Assembly: GCA_951406725.2 (NCBI GenBank) | Contig: OX597825.1 | Span: 38,192,001-38,256,000 of the forward strand | DNA length: 64,000 nt | Source: Octopus vulgaris | Taxonomy: Eukaryota | Direction of reading: 5' to 3' | Notes under the pieces: generated by a model | What the model was told of the DNA's origin: nothing | Databases searched by the model: none | What the model saw: only the letters and a program-made list of their open reading frames with translations | In this document: positions 55,590-64,000 of the stretch, in pieces | Position numbering within the stretch: the stretch's first letter is position 1 | How the letters are laid out: each line of letters begins with the position of its first letter | Program-made: the position numbers and the translations under genes

Positions 55590-57638
55590 CGGAGATATTA
55601 CTACATTAGAAAGAATTGTTTTCATCAGGTCTACCACAACATTCAAACAAATTCAAAAGCCGATAGGATGTGCATCTTCATGATTCTATGACTCTTGCTG
55701 GCCATAGACTCATCAATATAACCTGAATGTTTTCTACTTGTGCCACGGTACCCGTATATATATTTCTCTATTCTTGTTGTGTACACATTGTACTTTTGGA
55801 CGCGATCCAGTGCATTACTATTTAAGTGCCTGATTCACTTCCATCCTGGTCTATTCTGTATATATAGGAGTGTATATGCCTGTCTCTATGTATGTATGTA
55901 AGAGATAGGAAGATATATTTCCATAAGTTGAAATATCAGTTTACACATTCTATTCACCGATCACGTTTGAAAATATTATTGTTTAAAAATAGCTTGTATT
56001 GGAATTGAAAAAATGTACACTAGAGTGCATCGTTTCGTCTGTAATAAAATTTTGCTCTTGCCACGTTTTCAGAATACAAAATATGTCTAAGTCCGCATAG
56101 CATAATATGAATTGAAAGTAAATCATATTATTTATACTTCCCAACATCTATATCTTCATGATTTCTGCGTCTTGAAACACATAGACGCATCGTCACGATC
56201 ACACTAACATGAACATAGACATTTTAGGCATAAATGTTAAGGACAGATGACGAACGATTCAATACACGAACAGAATAAAATGAATTATATACGGAAGTTT
56301 TTTGTAACTTCATGTTTAGGGTTTTGGGATTTATAAAATATAGATTTTGATGATTTTATACTTTAAAGTTTTCACTTGAAGATTTAAGTTGTGTAATTTA
56401 ATCATAGGGTATGCTTTTAAATCTGTTAGGTTGATTTTGAAAACAAGAATTTGTGAATTCAGTTAAATCATTTGGATGTTTGTAGGTATTTCCACCCGGA
56501 GTAACAAACAAACATATAGCATAAATTCTAACAACAATTATATGTAAGGTAAATTTGCATTTTGAAGGAGTTATATGATTTAAAAATATGCTATACATAG
56601 TTCTAAATTGAACATTTAGGGTAAAATGAAGTTCAGTTATAAATGGATGATGAAAACTGGATATGTACTTCGGAGTTGGAAAGGAATGTTTAAAACAGAA
56701 TATAAAAGGTATTTGTTTGCACGGAAGACTTGTGCACATATGGAATTATTTGTGTGAATTTCAATAGAGGTTATACGTAAATATTACCGTAATAAATTGA
56801 TTATGCAGGTACAGTCAAAGTGAATTCTAGTAATGTATAGAAAAAAAAAACTGAAGTACATCGAAATGTAAGAACTTAGCTTATTACCTGATACCTGATG
56901 TACATATACCCTGTGACTATATTTTTATTGTTGGACTCGTCTTGAGATAATAACTTTTAATGGGGACGCAGTGTTAAAACACAATACATATAAGACAGAA
57001 ATGAAGAATCATCCCAGTGCCTGCCTGCAAGAATACCAGATGCATTTCGGCCGTTTCATGCCTTTTATCACATGTACTCACAGCCAGGCATATGCTCGTA
57101 CGAGAATTGCTCACCTCTCATGGAATAAGCAACAAATAGTTGAAAGTTGAACACATCCCGTATGTGCAATTGAACCAGCATTAAATTAAATTAACTATCT
57201 ATGTATCGACCATAATGTATATACGCCATCACTAGGCAATTTACTGCGCTGTTCATCCTGACATGAAACCACAGGAGAATGCATTCTGTGTACATAACGA
57301 ATATCGTGGAAATTGGATAAACAAGCGGCCGCTGAGTACGTTCTCAGTAGGCATATCCAATGTTATCGCCAATATTATCAGGACTCGAAGACATCAGTGA
57401 TTCAAGTTAGTTAGCTTTTTTCAACTAACTTGAAACATCTGTCATGGGGTCCTTGTAAATATCGAAACTGAAGAAATAAGGTGTTTTCAAACCTTTTTAC
57501 CATAAAACTAATACTTTATCTACGGTAACAGCAGTGAATTTGCCCTTTAGCCCTTGAAGTGTTTCACAAATATATTTTAACTAACCTCAAATTTTGCTCA
57601 TACCTAAACACTGTTCGGCGGTAATATTTTGTTTTGTG

Positions 57639-57670
<32 letters not shown>

Positions 57671-57677
57671 GATATAT

Positions 57678-57842
57678 GGTGAAGGCGCATGGCTTACGAT
57701 CTTACGATCCTGAGGTTGTGAGTTCGAATCCCTGATCTGGTGGCGTGGAGAGGAGAGGCCGGTATGCATGGGCGACTGCTGGTCTTCCATAAACTATCTT
57801 GCCCGGACTTGTGCATGGGAGGGTAATATTCTAGGTGCAATA
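57678..57842 (+). mobile_element. tRNA-derived SINE family 3, internally deleted
   Basis: GGTGAAGGCGCATGGCTTA head and B-box GAGTTCGAATCCC followed by a GC-rich body; preceded by (TA)n. Confidence 0.65.
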
Positions 57843-59339
57843 TCAATATAGGGAGGATTCAAAAGAATCTTAATGTGACCCTAATCAATATCCAACCCAA
57901 CAAAATGTGTGCAGAAGAATTAAAAAAGCAATATCAAATAGTAAACCCTATAATTTGATGGTATATTTAATTTTGGTACGAGAATAGCAGTAGCTCTAAA
58001 TACCTTCTTACTTATCAAGAGAAAGCGCTTATCACACTAATATTACTTTAGGAATCCAAGATAAACATCGCACAGCATAAATCCTAGTAACTACGAAATG
58101 TTGGGGCCCTAAGTGGGGCCACATCTAACTGAGAATCGTTCAATCGAGACGTCTTGAATGTTTTCATACACAATACATTCTCCAAATGCAGTATCCTCAA
58201 ACGAACCGACCATAGATATATTGGTTTCATGTCTAACGACTTTATGTCTCGTGATGATATACTGAAAAGTATTTCCTATCAAATTCATGTTATTAGATAT
58301 AACTAGCACATCATATATGGTGGTATTCCATTTTAAGGTATTGTTACAGTGCAAATAACAAAACATGCAATAGAATCTGATGCCCAAAAGAGAAATTTAT
58401 AATGAATTATAAACGCTTTATATGGTCATATCTAGCGCTTCTCTACATATTATCTCTTCTGTGTGTATGTTTGTGTGTTGTTTTTGCGTGTGTACGTCAC
58501 TTGTAGTCTTTGTGAATAGGTGTATTTGTGTGCCTGTAGTTTCTAAGAACGATATTCAGTATCACCGCATTCCTTCCCAGTTGAACAGTACGTGTATAGA
58601 ATCCAAACTAGTTGTACATTCTCCTTAATATAATAGATATTGAGCAATATCGGATATTTCGCAATCATTTCTAGAAAAGAAATCACTGCTTATCATTGTC
58701 TCTGCACAGGAAAAACGTATATTCTTATATAATTAGAATTTATTGTTTTACCTTTGTAATCAATGATCTAAAATTTAGTAGCTGTAATTAGATACGGTAA
58801 GTTTGTCATTGAAGGTATTGTCTATGAAAGAAAAACAAGGATAATCAGACAGAAGGAAACATATGTAAAAGCGTGAACACATGGAGAACAATGCTTGCAA
58901 TCAGCCTCGATCTACCAACCGTGAGTGATATACGCATAAATAGACAAGAGATATTAACATAGACAACCATTAATTACGAATCCCATAAACACGACAGGTA
59001 TACTAGAATTATTAGTCAAAGCTCTCCCTCAGCTTGTTCACGATTTATTTGTAGGTTTACAAGGCTACCATATATATGAGAATGATAGAGAGCTAAATAT
59101 GTAAAAAGGTAGATATCCACACACTTACCCACTAATGCAATATAGCTGTTGATCTACAATCATTTAGGTTTCTTAGAGAGCACGACTTACCTGCAAAGAA
59201 AAAGAAAACATTTTAAGTCATAGAGTGTCAATGTATGCAAAGAAAGGTGTGTTAAAAGCAGTAGAAATACAATTTTCTTAGTGATATAATATTCATATTT
59301 CTGAATGTACACATTTCTATAAAGCGCATACTTATAAGT

Positions 59340-59975
59340 AGAAAGGTGGGCTGGAAAGTTCACCGGCTGACCGAAATAATCTCATGGGCTGCCTTTTATT
59401 TCTCAGGAGAGTCCCCCTTTCGGTCCACACAATTATATCATCGGTGATGCAGTGCTTGGATCCCATTTGTGAAAAAGCTTTCATCATGTTCTTCAAAAAT
59501 GTCACAGACGGCAGGTATGACGTCAGCATCACTGCGATACGGGTTCCGAGCAAACTAGTGTTTCATGTCGAGAAAGAGTTGATAGTTATATGGGCTCAAA
59601 TCATTACAATAGGGAGGGTGATCAACCAATTCAAAGCCACAATCACATACAGCAGCCTTTGAAATCAAGGCCATGTGTGCTGGAGTGTTATCCTAATGAA
59701 ACAAGAGCTATGTGCGTCAGTATCCTTAGGCGTTTCTTCTTGAGAGTCTTTCGTTACTGTCTTGGAAAGTTGGCATAATGCACTCTATTGATGGTGTGGC
59801 TCTCTTGAAGGTATTCAATTAACACAATGCCTTTCGCATCACCCAAAACTGAGGACTTGACGTTCCCTGTAGATGAAAATACCTCGGCTTTCTTTTGAGG
59901 AGTGTTTCCACTACATGGATTATCTCGTTGTCTCTGGTTCAAAGTGATGACCACAATACTCATCCTGGATTCAAG
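59340..59975 (-). mobile_element. Mariner transposase 3' half plus one TIR, decayed
   Basis: DE..GHHFEPET, DAKGIVLIEYLQESHTINRVHYA, FH*DNTPAH, HPPYCNDLSPYNYQLF (HPPYSPDLAPSDYHLF-like); TIR-like GAAAGGTGGGCTGGAAAGTTC at 59341. Confidence 0.85.
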
Positions 59976-61927
59976 TAAACTAGCTGGGTCTACCTAAAAT
60001 ATTGTCGGTTTTTCCCGTGATGTAATCGATCTAGTGCAAGGCAATTCAAAATGGCTTTCCTTTACTTCAGTACAAGAAGGAAGTTATGCTGTATTTAATA
60101 AGTCTTGTAGAAACATAACCACAGATAGTTTTTGAAATTAAGACTATGTGGTAGAGATTCTGCAAGAGACCTTCTAAAGTCCATATATATTAAAACAAAT
60201 ATAATAGTTAAAATGAGTCAATGATGTCATTGATGGGAATAATATTCATATTTGCATTGCCCACTAACAGCAATTACGACGCTTGTCGCCCATGAAAAGT
60301 TAATATTCACGTATTTACGAGATGTGAAAGAAAAACAGCAACAGTTAAGAACAAAACAAAGAAACGTGAGCAAGCACTCTTTAAGTATTTTACATTCTTT
60401 AAAACCTTATTCTGTACGATGAAATGTAAGTCGGATAAGACATTTTTTTATCACCAAAAAAAAAAAAAAATAAATAAAGTTCCCAAATATTCTATATCCC
60501 CTGGGCGTACTTGTCTAAATAGGAAATTCATTAGGGTTTAACTGAAATATTTATTCATTCTCATTATATTGAATATAATTTATATATGACTCCGGAGAAC
60601 GCGTAAGAAATTTATTAAAAGCTTTATAGATTCATTGTTCTTTGCCTCTGTTCTATTTTCATATTTGAATAATCATGTTCATTGATATAATAAGCATTTT
60701 TGCTTTCCTTGCACGTTAATGCAAATATCATATGTTCATATCAGATAATGTTCCTCAAGGGATTGAAATAAGATAACACAACGATCGTTCTTGAAGGAAT
60801 ATATAATCAGCACTGCAGGCTTATACGCAATAGTTTTTTTCATGAATACGTAGATTATATACTGTGTATCCTACGTACGTATATAAACTTCCCCATGCAT
60901 AGACACAGATGCTGCAGGGGACGTTTAGAGTTCTCCGATTCCACACAATAAAGAAGTGAAAGGAAAAATTAAAGTATGCGTCAAATGGCAAGTAATATTC
61001 CAGGATCAGGCATTTTAACAAGAGATAAAGAATACATTTTAAGAATTTTAAGAAGCAAAATACAAAAAGAAAACCTATAATAATGGGAGAAGATATATAA
61101 AAAAAAACAACGTGAAAAAGAAATGAAATTAAAATAAGAAAATTGGAAATGGCAAAATTTGAAAGTAAAATAAGCTATAAGAAATGCCACGTGATTTCAA
61201 TAACAGCTCTACTAACAAGGCGGTACGTTTAGTACTTAGTAGAAGTTAGTATACTGAGTATTTATCATGGTTTCTTCATTGATTTGTTTTTTAGAATATA
61301 TACCGAAATAAAATGTAATGGCAATTTTATTAGAATAATGAAATTGAGAAAATTAAAATAATTCTCTCTACTAATAAGCTATATCTCTGCTTTCTTTTGC
61401 TCTCTCTCTTTGTTGTAGCTGACTTTAATATATTAATGCACCTGAAGGTTTTTTGTTTTTTTTGTTTTTGTAAAGAGTCATGTAGTTAGGAGCACAAAAT
61501 AACTATGAATGAATTATGATAATCAATACTTTGATGCGTCTGGAAAAATCGCATTAAAAACATTATTTGTTTCATTGTCTATCGTAGAAAGAATAATGCA
61601 AGCGTGAACGGTATTATAGATGGATGAAGGTGTTTTCTTTTCTTTTTTTATAGGAAGTCATTAAAGCGATGTTTCGATTGACACGACTTTTCTGTTATAA
61701 TTAAGAGTTATAATTTTGCATTCAACGAAGTTACCTGGAACAAACATACGTACATATACAGAATAGAAAAACAGTTGTTGCACACAATCAATTGTCAGTT
61801 TCATCAGCATCCTCAACTACACTGCTTCAATATAATACACATACACACATACAGGCACACATACAAACACACATGCACACAAAATCACACACATTCATGT
61901 ACAGAAACATATACGTGTGTGTATACT

Positions 61928-61928
<1 letters not shown>

Positions 61929-62014
<86 letters not shown>
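61929..62014. repeat. Self-complementary (CT)n(AT)n(AG)n compound microsatellite
   Basis: Direct reading. Confidence 0.93.
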
Positions 62015-62020
<6 letters not shown>

Positions 62021-62350
62021 GAATATGGTAAGTTGAGGCACCAGAATTAAGTACGGTATTATCCATACAATTTCAAAATATAGTGATTAAAATCAAAATA
62101 AGGAACAAGAAAATCAAGAGGTACTGCAGTACGATCGTTTCATGCGACTCTATTTAATTGAACAATGCAATCATTTCATTACAGCAATTTAAAATGTTGA
62201 GCTATCTTCAGCTGCACAAAGACATAGAATTTAATTAAATTAGGACACATTAGTATAATTATACCTAAAATTTCCAAGAGGATAAGGAGATAGACAAAGA
62301 ACATGTTTTACCAACAACATCATAGTTGTAACATAGTTGATTACTGGGAC
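62015..62350 (-). mobile_element. Family C hammerhead-bearing element
   Basis: Homologous to ~29410-29745 (GATAATACC.TACT.AATTCTGGTGCCT...CCATATTCATC); ends in (CT)n(AT)n. Confidence 0.78.
62125..62216 (-). ncRNA. Type I hammerhead, family C
   Basis: Minus strand TGCAG-CTGAAGA-TAGCTC...GAGTCGCAT-GAAACGATCGTA-CTGCA. Confidence 0.8.
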
Positions 62351-63610
62351 GCACTTTGACCACAGTCTATGTGTCGTTTTCATGTGTTCTGGTAGTGGTG
62401 GGATCCAGCACATCGAGATTGTAGGGCGTAACATGTTCAATACTCTGGGTGTTCAAAGGCCCATACACCGTCAGTATATGGAGTACATGAGGCGTTTCAC
62501 AAAGCCCATTGGCACCTGTGCCCACACCCTGAGGAATGTTGCATCCAGTTCCACAGGTGTGGGAGGGAGCATAGTACTGCTGGAAACACGTGGCTGTGGT
62601 GACTCGAGAGGAAAGGCACGATGTGAGGTCTTAGGATCTGGTCAGCGCAGCGCTGCGCTGTGATGTCATTCCCTCTGCCTCTACCATCATTTTGGAACAC
62701 ATGGGGATCAATTCTCTGATTCAGGCCTATAGCACGCCAAACTATGATAGTTTGGTCACCCCACGCGTCTCCCTCCATCAGACAGGCGTCTTTGTAGCGA
62801 TTACTACTCCTACACCACTCTCTCACTCTGCCATCCGAGGTGGAAACGCAGTACCGGCTCTCGTCAGAGAAGACTATCAACCTCCATTATTGATGCCGCT
62901 AACGTCGGTGCTGTGTATCCCACTGTAGTCGTGCCTGTGGGTGAGGACAGGCCCTCGAGCAGGAGGTCGGCAACGCAGGTTGTCGGCGGCCAGTCTACGT
63001 CGTACCGTGTCAATGATGATATGTAGCTGTCCAGTGCTAATGGTCTCCCGAGCTGTCACTATGGCCGGTCTGAAGCGATCACGGTGTTCTTGCAGGTGAA
63101 TGAAGCGCCCCTGTCTGGGCGTAGTCACCCAGGGGTTTCCTCTGGAGGCACAATCTGCAGTACTGCTGGTGTTGCATCGCTGTTGCAGACGATAGAAGGT
63201 GCTGTCACGGATATTTTAAGCTTCCACAACAATCAGGGCACGCTGCCCTGCTTGCAATCAGCCGATATCTGGATTTCTCTGCGCTGCTGAAAATCTGTTC
63301 ATACCTAATGCGTCCAAATTACGAATACCAGGAATGCAGTTCAAGTAGAATTATATACCCATAACCTCCACGAGATGCACGTGCATTTCGGTTTTCAAGA
63401 CAGCTGTTTGCGACTGCAACCCATGGTATTCAACGCAGCTGCAATTTGGCGGCTCGTTTCAAGGAAAATTGAAAATGTTACCTGCAATTTAGGTTTCAGC
63501 CATAAACCGGCATGTTTTGGAATATTTACACTTACAAACCCGAAACAAATTTTCACAATTTACCATATAAAAATGATATTTGAAAAAAACGCATTTCTTT
63601 CGAGTTTCAC
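62350..63610 (-). mobile_element. Tc1-family DNA transposon relic
   Basis: STFYRL...TADCASRGNPWVTTPRQGRFI...DTVRRRL...LRCRPPARGPVLT (Tc1/Tc3 HTH), IVFSDESRY...DGRVREW...IIVWRAI, ILRPHIVPF, WAF..NTQSIEHV; multiple frameshifts; left end abuts a hammerhead-bearing element; right end approximate. Confidence 0.88.
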
Positions 63611-63611
63611 C

Positions 63612-63687
63612 CAATCATGTGGGTGAGGGTGTGTAGGTGGTGTTCTCGGTCACAAAGAACACCTACACACCCTCACCCACATGATTG
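63612..63687. repeat. Near-perfect 76-nt hairpin
   Basis: CAATCATGTGGGTGAGGGTGTGTAG(GTG)GTGTTCT-CGGTCACAA-AGAACACCTACACACCCTCACCCACATGATTG: 32-bp stem with one 3-nt bulge. Confidence 0.9.
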
Positions 63688-64000
63688 ACCGATGCCTGAC
63701 CCGTTAAATTCTTCAGCCACCGGTTCTCAACATACACTGATAAACAGTTTCGCCATGGGCTCTTAGGAGCATAGTTCGATTTGTTTTGGCTCCGCCTCTG
63801 TTCTGTTTTTGTTTTTCCAACGGATTTCCTATTTTCTTCCTGAAGAGAAAGACACAATATGGTCCCATTATTCAATCGGATTTTGGTAATTTGTGCCTTT
63901 CGAAACACGTGTAGAATGAAATAAAACGATTTCTGTTCAATCTGCGTTCAGCTCCATTTCTTCAATTCACCAATAATGTTATATATTATATATATATATA

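Overview
AT-rich, microsatellite-dense eukaryotic non-coding DNA. The SINE families and repeat landscape resemble an octopus genome (inference). No intact host protein-coding gene is supported, and most ORFs in the track are microsatellite artefacts. Mobile DNA: a young 5'-truncated Tx1/L1-clade LINE inserted in (TATC)n (20282-22370); two decayed Penelope-like (GIY-YIG) fragments; two mariner relics and one Tc1 relic; Helitron-like non-autonomous elements; three tRNA-derived SINE families; a small foldback element; several heavily decayed LINE remnants; and a tandem CCCH zinc-finger fragment. Two signals stand out. (1) At least three families of short, microsatellite-anchored elements carry type I hammerhead ribozyme motifs with palindromic stem III (7 clear copies plus degenerate ones), one family with an unusually long stem II. 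(2) A multimeric SINE has a linker/tail matching the 3' terminal 41 nt of the Tx1 LINE (32/41 identical by manual alignment), suggesting a SINE/Tx1 partnership and tail swapping. All calls are by eye; no searches were run.
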